In this document: in pieces, positions 25,248 through 37,744 of the stretch
Numbering within the stretch: position 1 is the stretch's first letter
Layout: each line of letters starts with the position of its first letter
Origin: Tricharina praecox
Lineage: Eukaryota
Reading direction: 5' to 3'
NCBI RefSeq assembly: GCF_024521635.1
Contig: NW_026250427.1
Coordinates: 372,001 to 436,000 of the forward strand
DNA: 64,000 bases
The notes under the pieces: model-generated
What the model saw: only the letters and a program-made list of their open reading frames with translations
Database searches by the model: none
What the model was told of the DNA's origin: nothing
Translations under genes and position numbers: made by a program

Positions 25248-26447
25248 TCAGACCGCCTTCTGCCGTCGCAGCTCAGTACTACTGAGTTTCTCCCCATCGT
25301 GCGCAATCAGTAGATCCACGACTGCAACCTCCAGCTCCGGCCAGACCGCCTCAGTGCGTTTGGCGTTGACCGCTGCGCCGCCCGAGGCTGTTTCCTGTGT
25401 TACTACCAGTGCTGTGACGGTAGGATCGGTAATCGTGGGCCCAAACGGGTCGGAAATCGACACAATCTCAATGTGCAGGTTCCTCCGCTCCTCCGACGCC
25501 CCCGCGCCCTTTCCCTCCTCGCGGAACTCGGGCACCTCCGAAAGTAGCTTTTTCTCGTCCCCGTCACCGCCCTCGCCGCGCCCTGTTCCCTCGGCCGCGC
25601 GCGACTCGAACGGCGTGACGTCAACGACACCACGTAAAAACTCTAGCGAGCGCGTCGAGCGCTCCTCCCAGCTCTCCATAAACTCCGCGTGCTTCTTGTT
25701 CCGCAGCATGGCGGGGCCGGTAAGACCCACGATCAGCCGCGGGTTCGTAGCGGGAGCGGCGCTGGGCGAGGTGAGGAGGTACGCCGTCATCGTGAGCAGG
25801 AGCTTGTGGCCCAGGTGAAGATGATCGAATGTTCCGCCGACTGTGCAGGTACATAGCGGTTAGCCAATCCGCACACCTCGTTGGAAAACGTAGAAGCTAC
25901 CAGCGACAACCGCGTGCTCCTCGCCCTCGCCCGCCGCGCCCGCCAGCTCCGCATCCACCTCCCCCGCCGGCGCCCGCACCCCCGCGTCAACATAGTACAC
26001 ATGCACGCCCGGGCTCCCCGTGGCGGCCAGGAACGCGCCCTGCAGCTGGTACCCGGCTTCGCCGCGCGGGACCAGGAGGACGTCCCACTCCTGCAGGTCC
26101 GCGAGCTGGTCGGTGCTCATCACGGGGCCGAAGGAGGCCTCGGCTTCGTCTTCGGGCGAGAGCAGGACGATCCGCACATCGAATGGGACCGCGGAGGCGG
26201 GTCGCGGGGTAAGCCGGTAAACTAGCGAGTATAGCCCGGTTAGGAGCCGCTGCGCCGGGGCGAAGGTCGTGCGTCGTGGGGTCGTGGGGAACGGTGCGGG
26301 CACGCCGATGTACAGGAGGGTCGGGAGGGTGAGTGGGCGGGCGAGGGCGGAGGTTAGCGGCGCCGTCCAGAAGGTGAGGGTAGACGCGATGGATGTGTGA
26401 GGTGAGGGAGGTAGGAGGAGCGCGGTTGTGAGCGGGCGGGACGACAT
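25248..26447 (-). CDS. CAB4: Phosphopantetheine adenylyltransferase (cytidylyltransferase-like, CoA synthesis; Cab4-like); intron ~25841-25900
   Basis: After splicing VVAVGGTFDHLHLGHKLLLT (HxGH motif), LIVGLTG..MLRNKKH, ISDPFGPTITD, LVVTQETASGG.AVN..R, KLSSTELR. Confidence 0.9.
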
Positions 26448-27499
26448 TTTGATGGTGTCTGGGGAAATGGGAGCTGTGAGGTGCGGGTGCGGATGAGGCA
26501 GGGGTAGATGAACTTGGAGCTAGGTACTACAGACGCTGCGTTGATCATAGAATGGCACTCGCAAGTCGGGATCCGGGAGCAAAATAGTAGCATTGAAGCT
26601 TCCATTATCGCTGGTAGGCTAGTATCCAGGGCGGATGACGAGGAGCCCGAAGCAAACATGAGCGATATACCCCCATCTGAAGCCTTTATTCCCGAGAATT
26701 GGCGATGAGGTAACTTACCAATGGTTTTGCTGGAACTCCACAACACCTGCGGGACTCATTGGACTTCAACCTTCATCATGGGTCGGGTTTGGGGCTGCGC
26801 AACATGGAATAGGTAGTGCGCTCGGACTGCTCGTGGCAGAAATAAGGGTGAACGGGCGAAAAAGTAACCAATAGGCTCAAAGTGCACGAATACTAGTAGA
26901 GTGATTGATCATGATGGAGTGGGGGCTTGGTCGAGTGGAGATGTCTCTTCAAACTCTCATCCAACCATGTCCATCCTCCATAATGTCCATCATGCTACCC
27001 TCTATCCAATACTTGTCACCACTTTATGCTGTCACCGCAATTATGTACCCAGCCACATTTATCAGCTACTTTCCTTCGTCAAGCAACAAAAAAGCCGCCG
27101 CGCTATCCGGATACTTTATGTCTGCCACGAGTACAACTACCAGGTACTAATAGCTTCACCACTCTCACTTGCCATTCTTCCACACACGCTCCCTTATGTC
27201 CACCCTCAACATAAGTACACACCTCGCTCCTGCGAAATAGCCCTCCCACCCCGCCTTCCACCAAGTATGTCGGCTGGTGCGAAGAGCCATTTCTTCGTTT
27301 GCTGTTTTTATTTCCCTTTTCGACCCGAACTACGAACGGCAGTGATCAAATCGCTATTCGCATCACATCGGCAATTCATGCTACCGCTTGCACGGTCAAT
27401 GTAGACTCATGTTGTGATTGTAGGGAGCTAGCGATCCCCGCAGAGCGAGGGAATGGCCGCTAGAGCGAGCGACATTTGGAGGTACCTAGGCGGTGCGGG

Positions 27500-28372
27500 A
27501 GAATCTTTAAGCGGGCGAGGATAGGGATCGAGGATAGTGAGTGAGAACGGTGGGAGTAAGAGAGGGAGAATAGCGAGCGAGAATGGTGAGAAGGAACGGT
27601 GAGCGAGAATGCAGAGGGAGAATAGGGACGAGAATAGTGAATGAGAATAGTGGGTACGAAAAGTGAGCGAGAAGAGCCAGCGAGAAACGCGGGCGAGAAT
27701 GAAAAGGGAGAATAGCTATCGAGAATGGCGAACGAGGATAGTAAATGAGAATAGTGAGAAAATTGAGCGAGGATAGTGAGAAATAGTAAGAAATGTGAGC
27801 GAGGACAATTGTGAGTGAGAATTGTGAGTGAGAATTGTGAGTGAGAGTTGTGAGTGAGAATTGTGAGTGAGCGTAGCGGGCGAGACTAGCGAGCGAGATT
27901 AGCAAGTGGGAATAGCCAGCAAGAATGGCGAGAGTGAGAATAGCTATCGAGAAGGGCGAACGAGAACAGTGGGTAAGAAAATCGAGCGAGAATGGAGAGG
28001 GAGAATAATGAGTGAGAATAGCCAGCGAGAATGGAGAACAGTGAGTGAGAATAGTGAGTGAGCGTAGCGGGCGAGACTGGCGAGCGAGAATAGTAAGTGA
28101 GAATAGCAGGTGAGAATAACGAGCGAGGACATTTGTGAGTGAGAATAGTAAGAAAAGCGAGCGAAGACAACCGTAAGTGAGAATAAGGAGTGAGAATAAC
28201 CAGCGAGAATAACCAGCGAGAATAGTAAGTAAAAATGGAGAGCGAGAATGAGCGAGAATAGCGAACGAGAATCGTGAATGAAGATGGTGAGTGAGAATGG
28301 AGAGCGGAAATGGTGAGTGAGAATAAGGAGCGAGAATGGATAGTGAGAGTGGAGAGGGAGAATAGCGAGGAT
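27500..28372. repeat. Degenerate purine-rich satellite (GAGAATAG / GTGAGTGAGAA / GCGAGCGAGAA units)
   Basis: About 870 bp on the + strand built largely from GAGAA-centred 8-12-mers. Includes a local direct duplication GTGAGTGAGCGTAGCGGGCGAGACT at ~27863 and ~28054. Confidence 0.85.
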
Positions 28373-28669
28373 AATTGTTCTTCACGCAAGACAAACTTCC
28401 AGCTTTGTCCAATGTTGCTCTTAGAAGAATATGCTGTGGGTCTGCATTGGGTCGATAATGTCCTCCAGGAAAATCGTTTGGCGGCGGATCTTTGAAGAAC
28501 AGAAAGGAAAGTTTGACGCCAAAGACAAAGACGATTGTCTTCCGCTACGCTCTTCTAATGGAGACATTCAAAATTGGATGCAGTTATCCGACCATTGGCA
28601 GTCACAATGAAGCATTGAAACTTGTTGAACGGTGGGGGTTATCCTCCGATTGGTGGTGTGGGAGGAAGG

Positions 28670-29684
28670 GGGGGGGAGAAAGAGAGGAAGAGAGAAGGGA
28701 CAAGAAGCCTTACCGGGAGAAAACCTACATGGTGCTTGGAACTGAATCGCCGTTGAGAGTCGTTATTGAGGCTTGTCGCTGGCGTCAAGTCATGTGACGT
28801 CACTCGCCTATCGAGTGGTAATATATGAAGTGCCGCAATGACATCTACCTAACAACGAGTAGTTACAACAGTTTGGATTCCGTACGCAGGCTCCAGATGT
28901 ACGGAGAAATCAAAAGTTCCATTTCTACAGGAACGCCTGTTGCGTATCGCTGCCTCGAGCCCCAGCCGGCAAGTTCATAGTTCACTGTAAGACCAGCACT
29001 AGGCAATTCAAGACAACAGCCAACTCTTAGAATGCCATCGGATTCAGAGGTCATCCGCGTTTCTCTCCTCTACTGGTGTACGTATGTTACATGTATACCC
29101 GCTTAGTCAACGTGGCTGTAGCCGTGGTCGTGGTCGTGTAATATGTTTCTCTCTTGGTTTCTTTCCCCCGCTGTCCAAGCTGGCAGCGAGGGCTAAGACA
29201 CAGAGGCGTTGCGCTAGATATTTTCGGAAGGTCTATAAACAAGGTTGAATAGAACAGTCCACCGTCGAAAGCATACCGGTGAAACAAAAACACACCTAGA
29301 CAGCCTCAGTCCTACCAGGTATGCAGGGCTCGTGATGTTAGCAGTGTGAGTGACAGCGAGCCACTCCCATTCAACTCCCATTCAACAGTGGCAGCCACAC
29401 TACCAGTCCGCCACAAGCGTGATATTGGCAGTATTAGTGACAGCAAGATAATCCCATTCAACGGCGGCAGACACATTATTTGTTTGTTTAATCATCATTG
29501 CATTCTCCTTAGTAGATCATGTTAGATTACATATCCGTTTCCACCCATCTGTCACCGATCGCTAGCCTCGAGCTCGAGCTCAATACCGGTTCCCTATTGC
29601 TCTCCGCCCAGCCCTCGTCGCCAAACAAACAACAAATTTGAAATGACGACATCCGCGTCCGTCTTGTCATCTTTCTCTTCGGGG
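28670..29684 (-). repeat. ~1-kb repeat, copy A (inverted relative to copy B at 49368-50390)
   Basis: Exact reverse-complement blocks 28741-28781 vs 50297-50337 and 29641-29684 vs 49368-49411. Shared conceptual peptides MTSESD...GCCLELPSAGLT, KETK.ETYYTTTTT, PKRKMTRRTRMSSF. Confidence 0.9.
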
Positions 29685-32600
29685 CAACGGGTGATATCCA
29701 CATACCAGTTTGGGCAGCGGAGACACGGGCTCGGTCGGTTCTGTCTCGCCGGAGCACAATCGCAGTCGGTTAGGACTCGGGATCCGATCTTGCAGCGAGT
29801 ACCGGTACCCACCCTTTCTCGGTCGATCGAGTTCCTTGCCGACGTCGGCGATAATACAACACAACACAGCAGTGGGTGAGTGGCGATTTGAAATTTCTAC
29901 TCGCATAGCGGCGCCGGAACTTGGAAGCTGTTCGCCACGGCTAGGCATCGCCCTGTCGACGTATCTAGGTACTACTAGTATACATACGGAAACTCTGAGA
30001 CGGAAACTCTGAGACGGAAACTCTGAGATGGAAACTGAGACGGACCCATCACCCATGGCGGGTAGTTCAGGATGGCGAATGACAATGCGTGATTCGGAAC
30101 CTACCTGTAATGGTTCCGAACTCGCCGTGTCGGCCAAGCAAGAGTTAAAACAGCCCTATCCATGTCCATGTGCATATATACATGCATAGATAACTGCACC
30201 AGACCGGCTCGTTCCGTAGAAACACAACTTTACCGACACGGTCGGTTCGGCGAGCCTTGTTCGGTTCGTGCTGTACATAAACATCGGTCACGGCGCGACG
30301 GGGCTGGACGGGACTGGACGGGACTGGACGGGACTGGACTGGACGGGACATCGCTTGCTTCCTGCTTCCTGTCAGCTGCGAACGTTACGGGAGGACTCGC
30401 CGATCGGAACATCGACATCGACAACGACAGCGAGAGACACCGCCGACTCGAGAAAGTGCTTCTACGGCCGCGTGGGTTGTCAGCCCCTCGCTACGGCACC
30501 CTGCTGCACCAATCCGCGGTGATGACAGATCAGACAGATCAGACAGACAAGGCTCCCCGAGCCGAATCACGCGGTACTATAAGGCTGATGCACGATCCGA
30601 TCCGACTAGAGACCGGGGGTGGCACACGGGCAGTTTTTTCTTTCTTTATTTTTTCTATTATTTACGGTGTCCTCATTGCTGAGGACTCGGGAGAGAACAT
30701 CTTTCGGATAGGCGTGCCTCTTTCTGTTTCTCCCGCGATCAACTCTTCTATGCACTCTACAAACTCTAGATAAAGTAGGCAATCGAATCGGCCGGGGAAG
30801 AGAGTTGCCAGGGGAACGGAAGCTGCAGCTCCCTCTTCTTCTCGGGTTCCTTCTTCTTTCCTTCCTTCCTTCCTCGATCTTGCGTTTCGAATCGGTCAAT
30901 CAGAGAGGGAGGAGGAATGCCAGCGAGCTCGTTGGCAAGTCGCATGTGCAGGCCAGAGATGGACACTGGACATTGGACATTGGCCAGGCCGGTTCGAATC
31001 GCGAACGGAAATCCTCTGCGTCCCGACCGCATCGGTGGGCGTTGGAAATATCCTGGCAGCGGTTTTCCTTTTTTTTTTTTCGGGTTTTCTTTGCGCAATG
31101 AGCAATGAGCATTCGAAGCAATGAGCATTCGAAACAACGTGAATCCATCGGAGAAGAGATAAACACACATTCCGTCCGAGTTCTCATGTGTACCGTATGT
31201 AACTCCACTCTCCAGAGGGCCATACTAGCAGTAGCTATGTAGAACCATTCGCGGAGAGATGCTGCCATTCACGACTGCAGAGCAGAGGACGGAATGTATG
31301 TAGACTACTTCCTACCAATGATCCAGTTGCATGGCCAGTCCCGAACGAAATCGTCCTATGTATTCCATCCCCCCGATCAAGCCTTCTAGAACTGTGGCTT
31401 GCAGTTGTAGGTGAGTTCCGACGACAACTGCTACGACGACGCCGACGCCGAAAGCTTCTTCCGCCTCGAGCTCGAAGCGCCTAGTAACTAGAGTATATAC
31501 CATCGCCAGCCAGATCCGACACATCCCATCCACTGCATCCGCAACACACCACATCCACCACATTCATCACACACACCACAAACCACCACACCCACCCACT
31601 CACCCACACACATATGCTGAAGAATCCTCGTTCGTTCAATCCGTCTGGGCTTGCTGTACTTACTTTTAGAGGCAGACACTGATCATGTATGTAGGTACAC
31701 ATCACCGGGGGGATGGAGGCACGTCCAGTCGTATGTATGTGCGCTTCCGAAGTCCACGCATGCGCAAATCGCCCGGCGACACTCCCCCCTCCCTGGCCTG
31801 GAGCTCCCCTGTGCATCCGTCTGGCGCCCTCCCCACACACACACCACAGATTGGTACCTACATACATACATTCCATTCATCATCCACATACCGATATGTA
31901 TGATATGTATGCCCATAATCAATCAATGCAATGACGAACTCACCCACAAACCAACTAACTAACGCTGCAACCAAGGGCCCGTCACCCAAATCGATAGAGT
32001 ATGAAGATAATGCAGACGTTCCTGTGAATCGGTGGTACTGTGGGGTATCGGTCCCTCGGAGGCTTTCCTCCTCGTGGCGTGCAAAAGGCCGTGCGGAATG
32101 ACGTTCTGTCCGTCGAAGGGAGCTACTAGATACCTATCCCTCTGCTGCGCGGGCAATCAATCGATATCGGTATGTGTCTATCGCGAGGAGAAAGAAAATT
32201 GACAGCTTCTGTCTCCCTCTCGTCTCGTCGAACCGACGAACTGACTTCGGGACTCGGGAAGATGTGGACACCTACATACTTCCTACGCAAACGACGACGA
32301 TGGCCGCCTCCACCACCACCACCTCCAACAACAACAACAATCCATGCGCTGCAGGATGCAAGCCGAGGGCTTTTTTTCTTCCTTCCCCCTCTCTCTCTCC
32401 ATACCTACGATACCATACGACGGAGTTTCTGGCCGACGGACCACCCCATGTTGCCGCGGTTTGTACATACCGTACATACCTACTCGTACATACATACTCG
32501 TACACAGCATGTAACTTTCTCCTGCTGTAACCTTTTACTGCTGTGACTACTAACTACTAGGTGGGTAACTGTGTCTGTGTGCGTGCCACGAGGGCGGCCA

Positions 32601-33349
32601 GAAATATCGTACATATGGCATAGGTACATGCCCACCTTGGTATGTACGCTCCCACACACCGCCGACGACGGGACTTTGCATTCCGGCTCCCCCATCCCGT
32701 CCGTCACCCGTCCGTCCGTGTTGGTTCGATATGTGCTCAGTAGGTACATACCCAGGAGGAGGATGTTGCGCGCCGCGGCGGGCGGGCGTTGGTAATGCGA
32801 GATCTCGCACATACTGTACATGTAACAGAGGTATGTACCTCCCCACCACTACTACATACCGCCACCCGTCGCATCGGACATGCGCACACACCCGTCGAAC
32901 TACCGGTCGAATCATGGACGCCGTAGTGAGCACATAGTCGGTACGGTGGAGCTATAGGTAGATGGACCAGAGACAGACCAGAGACAGACCAGAGACCAGA
33001 CACCAGAGACATCAGGGCCACAGGAAGTTCATCTGTCTCTCGCTCTCCCTCTCAAGCTATGGACGTTTGCTCTGCCGGCTGGCTGGTCGGAACTGCCGTG
33101 TCCGTGTGTATGATCTCGACTTCGAGCTCGAGCTTGACTGGGTGTGGCAGAGGTGTGGCCGAGGTGTGGCATTCAAACACACGGTTACAGACTCACAGGG
33201 GTGAATGAATGAATGATTGATTGGCGGGGTAGAAGTCGAAGTCGAAGTCGAGTATTTCACGACCATGGCCACGTCTATTGGATTGACGTTGAGTAGAATA
33301 ATAGTATAGTATAATACGGTAGTTACCCAATATGTACCTTAATAAACAC

Positions 33350-33450
33350 ACCCACCCACCCATTCATCCATCCACACATCCATCCACACATCCACAAATC
33401 CACAAATCCACACATCCACACATCCACACATCCACACATCCACTCACTCA
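33350..33450. repeat. CCACACAT-type microsatellite
   Basis: Tandem ATCCACAC/ATCCACAA units. Confidence 0.8.
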
Positions 33451-33801
33451 CTCATCCATGGTGATCCATCCCGACTCCATCCCGACTCCATCCCGAGCCC
33501 TACGTTTGTATCACGTTCGTATAACGTTTGTATCACGTCCGGCGCCGCGCTATTGGTTGCGCACCCCGCCCTACTACCGTACATACCACATAGTCTGTAG
33601 GAGGTATGTATAGAGTAGTCTATATGTAGGTATTGGAATTTGGGCCCATCTAAAAGATCAAACAACCATTTGCCCTCTCCGCTCTCCTCTGCTCACCTCT
33701 ACTCTACTGTACTCTACTCTACAGATGAGAAACTAGTCCGTGTGGAGAAAGTTGAAACACACCGTCCGTCGAGCAACCATAGTAACGTCAGCTGGACGAT
33801 C

Positions 33802-33842
33802 TTTGGTTCTTGGTTCTTGGTTCTTGGTTCTTGGTTCTTGGT
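33802..33842. repeat. (GGTTCTT)n heptamer microsatellite
   Basis: About five tandem GGTTCTT units. Confidence 0.85.
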
Positions 33843-35887
33843 GCTTCTCCATCGACCACCCCAGAACGGCAAACCAGGCACGAGAGGACCGTATTCCAGG
33901 CCACCCAGACAACACAGGCAACCCAGGTACTCGACTCTCGACTCGAGACAGGAGTGGAGGAAGTAGGGAGGGAGGGATAGGCCAGGCAGCACGATCCGGC
34001 CGGCAGGATCTACAACCCGCAATACGCAATACCGCACGCAACACGCGGCAGCGGGGCGCGCGCACCGTAGTTACATACCCCGCAAAACAAATCGCACCCG
34101 CACCCGCACCCGCACTCGCACCCGCACTCGCACCCGGGGGGTGCGTGCATGCGACACGACACGACACGACGCCACGATACGATACATATGAGACGACATG
34201 GCACGGCACGAGACGAGACGGCAGGGCACGATGGTTATGGCGCGATACCTGGGTAGAGTACGGTAAGACGCGACACGAAAAACACCAGAAAACGAGAAAC
34301 ACTTGGAATAGTTACTGTGTTGAGTATTATTATCAAACGCTAAAGTGTGGGCGGGTGGGCGGGCGAGCGTAAGTAGGCGGGCGTAGGTGGACGAGCACTC
34401 GGCTGTCACTCGCCAGCTGTTGGCCGCCACGGGTGGGTGCTGCTTGCAATAGTACTAGCGGATGAGAGCCTCAAGATGTCTCTTCGAAGTTGAATAGAAC
34501 CTCAACTTCTTCAAATCCATCATCCTTCATGTTCGCCGTCTGCCTTCTACCTACATAGGGCTACGTCACCTAGCAGGCAGGCTCCAAGTACTTTAAATTC
34601 TCAGTTACCCATTCCACTATACGCCGACACGGCTAACGACACACGATCCAGACCTTAGAACCCCCAAGGCTCGCTGTGGAGTACCTCGCTGTGGAGTACC
34701 TCGCTGTACTACGCTACTGTTCTACACACACCACGCCACGCACGCCACGCACACGCCACATTTTGCTTTGCTTTGCGTTGGCGGGAGCTCGGGTGCGACC
34801 GACAAAAAGCAAAGCAGAAAGCAAAGGTTTTTTTGAAAAAGAAAAGAAAAAGTGAGGGATTATTTTTTCTTTTCTTTGACTTACGGACATGAGCCTCTAA
34901 GGCGAGGGTAATCGTGAAGGGTATTGGTATGCGGTAGGCGGTAACTACTTCCTATGTGGAAAGAAGTATGCAGAGTAGGCAGGCGGGCTGGAGATGACAG
35001 CTCATCACTTCAGGATTCAGGGCCCAGGAGTACTCCGGGCTCTGAAGTTCGTAAGGCGGGAATGTCACGCGGTCTGGATGCGGCGCTGGTTGTTGCAGTG
35101 AGGGGAGTGAGAGTACGTATTCACTATTTAATTTCTTTCTTGAGGTGCTGGTGAAGACACGATGCCTTCTTCTTAAGGTAGAGTAGATTCGTCACAATAG
35201 GCGCAGTAGACACGATAGATGCAGTAGCCATAGGTAATAGGTAGAGTAGATAGAGTAGACATTATGGTATCGCTGCTGTCGATTACAATAGTGAAGTAGT
35301 AGAGAGCCAAACTAAATAACGGGTATGAGAAAGTGAGACGCAAAAAAGGGAAAGGTATAAACAAAAGCCGCTCGCAGTAACCAAATAAGACAAAAAAAAA
35401 GACAGAACACCGTCCCAGTTATCCAGTTGTTTCCCCAAAAAATCCAAAAAACCAAGACCGAAAACCAGAGACCAAAACAGAAACATAAATCAACGCTGAG
35501 CGCGAGAAAAAGCATGCTGCAGAACGGAAGGAAGCAAAAACAGGCAGAAAACAAACAGAAAACAAGAACAAAAAACAGTTGCTGAAGAAGACAGAACCCC
35601 GCCGCCGTACCATGTGCCCATTCCTCCACCCCGTACCCTTTCCGTGACCGTGATATCTTCCTTTCCTTTCCCTTCCTTTCCCTATTACCTCCCATGGGAC
35701 AAACCAGTTGCCCTAGAGTAAATCAGTCCATACCACCATTAACCCCCTTTTTCCTCCTTTTTTCCTCCCTATTCCGGTCCAATCCCCCAATCCCCCAATC
35801 CCCCCCAATATCCCAATATCCCAATCCCCCCCTCCCAACCCAGACAAAATAAAATTCGTGTATATCGTATCTTTTCGTGTATCGATC

Positions 35888-37744
35888 CTACGACCTCCGT
35901 GGCCGGCGTTCATCGCTTCCGTACGAAACCAGCCCCGCAGCTTCGTATCCGTTTCCGCGCCTGGCATGGTGGCCATGCTGATGGTGCTGAGCGTGCTGAT
36001 CGCCGCTCTCGTAGTCGTAGTCGAAGTCCCTCGCTGCAGACCTCGGCATGGTCTCGGTGGAGTAGGAGCGAATGGGGGCGGCGGGCCTTGCATGCGTGGG
36101 CCCAATCTTCACCTCGATGGTGTTGTGGCGGGTGAGCTGTGGCCGCGGCGCGGAGGGCGCGGCAGTGTAGTGTGCAGCCGACGACCGGTGGTGCGAGTGG
36201 TGCGGTCTGTCGTCGATGAGCCGCGAAGTGCTGGCGGCGGCGGCGTGCGGGTGGCGGATGTGCGTGTGCTCCTCTGAGCGGCGGCGGCGCGTGGGCGCGG
36301 GCCGGTGAGTGTTGCCTAGCGGCGCGGGGGCGGGCTGCCGTCGCTTCGGTGGCGAGGAGTAGTCCGTTACGTCGGTGCCGCTCGACTCGTAGCTGCTGCT
36401 GCTGGCATCGCTCATGCTGTCGTCGTCGAGCCAGCCGCGGCGCTCGCGGTAGGGCGTGGTCACCGGCGAGTGGTCGTGCTGCGCGTGCATGAACTGCCGG
36501 ACGTCGATGTCCGATGTTCGGGCGTAGCTGCGGTGCGGGCTGGCGGCCCGTCGGGCTGTGGTCAGGCTGATGGGCCCCGGGATCGGCCGCGTGTATTTCT
36601 TCGCTGTTTGCTGGGTGGCCGAGGCCGTCTGCGCCTGCGTGGACGGGCCTTGGGTGATCTGGCGGACCACGGGCGCGGATTGGGTTTGGTGGATGGTAGG
36701 ACGCTGGGCCTGCTGGTGCTGGTGCTGCGGCTGGTGCAGGACGACCTGAGGGCGCTGCTGCTGTTGCTGCTGGATCTGTTGCTGCTGCTGCTGGTGGAGC
36801 TGCTGCTGCTGCTGGACCTGTTGACCGTACTGTGGTTGCTGTGTAGGGTGGGCTGTCTGCTGGGAGGTGCCATACTGGTATGTCGGTGCCGAGTGGCCGC
36901 CGTGGGAGTTGGCCGGCTGGATGGTTGCGCTCTGGCCGTATTGAGTGATCACATTCTGTTGCTGCGGCGCAGGGAGAGACAACGGCTGCTGGGGCGGTGC
37001 CAGCGGGGCAAGCATCGGGGGAGCCGGTGCCTGGATCTGCTGTAGGGGAGCGGACTCGATGATCTGGAGGGGCTCGTGGTGGACGGTGACCTGTGGCTGA
37101 AACCGAACCTGACCGGCCTGCGGCTGCGACTCGGTCTTTCTCGCGGTTCTCTGGAAGATGGCCCAGAACGTGTGCGGCGTCGCCTTGGGCTTGTCCCTGA
37201 CCTCGCCCAGAGCCTCGAGCGTCCACATCCAGTGCGATGGGTCGGCCTCGCGGTTGTTGAGCTTGTCCTCGTACTTGCGCACATGTCGCTGCCGATACAC
37301 TCCCATGCCGGTCAAGCACCGGATCAGGTCGTTCCCTGGTGCATCGTGGCATCGGATCTTGCGCTCCAACTCGTCTGGGCTCAGGGCGATGGTGATGTGC
37401 TCGCAATGCTCCCACTGCTGGCCTGGCTGGTTCAGATGTCGCAGGTTCTTGAAGTTCACGAACTGTCGGGCCGGTGCCGCCGTCTCCTCCTGAATGATGT
37501 GTCTCGGGCTGGTGGCGTGGACGATCCGCGTCTGTACCAGTGGCTGCTGCTGCTGTACCATCTGCTGTTGATATAGAGGCTGGGCTTGCTGGATAATGAC
37601 ATGCTGCTGTGGCTGTCCTCCCTGCCGTTGGACCTGAACCATTTGTGTCTGCTGAGTCTGAGCGTATGGTGCATCGACGTGGTACTGAGTCGTGTACTGT
37701 CCGGCGGCGGAGGCGGGGTTGTATGGGGTCATCATGGCGGCCAT
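35888..37744 (-). CDS. Glutamine-rich hypothetical protein (~618 aa, single exon) with one probable globular segment
   Basis: Long ORF with GC3-biased codons, first ATG at 37744 (MAAMMTPYNP), poly-Q tracts flanking a complex segment QWEHCEH...RQRHVRKYEDKLNNREADPSHWMWTLEAL...FWAIFQR, and an S/R/H-rich tail. Confidence 0.8.
   Translation of the reverse strand: MAAMMTPYNPASAAGQYTTQYHVDAPYAQTQQTQMVQVQRQGGQPQQHVIIQQAQPLYQQQMVQQQQPLVQTRIVHATSPRHIIQEETAAPARQFVNFKNLRHLNQPGQQWEHCEHITIALSPDELERKIRCHDAPGNDLIRCLTGMGVYRQRHVRKYEDKLNNREADPSHWMWTLEALGEVRDKPKATPHTFWAIFQRTARKTESQPQAGQVRFQPQVTVHHEPLQIIESAPLQQIQAPAPPMLAPLAPPQQPLSLPAPQQQNVITQYGQSATIQPANSHGGHSAPTYQYGTSQQTAHPTQQPQYGQQVQQQQQLHQQQQQQIQQQQQQRPQVVLHQPQHQHQQAQRPTIHQTQSAPVVRQITQGPSTQAQTASATQQTAKKYTRPIPGPISLTTARRAASPHRSYARTSDIDVRQFMHAQHDHSPVTTPYRERRGWLDDDSMSDASSSSYESSGTDVTDYSSPPKRRQPAPAPLGNTHRPAPTRRRRSEEHTHIRHPHAAAASTSRLIDDRPHHSHHRSSAAHYTAAPSAPRPQLTRHNTIEVKIGPTHARPAAPIRSYSTETMPRSAARDFDYDYESGDQHAQHHQHGHHARRGNGYEAAGLVSYGSDERRPRRS

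Noticed and set aside
27507..28412. 301-aa hydrophobic L/S/F-rich ORF
   Set aside because: It is a translation of the pyrimidine strand of the satellite, has a non-ATG start and no domain.
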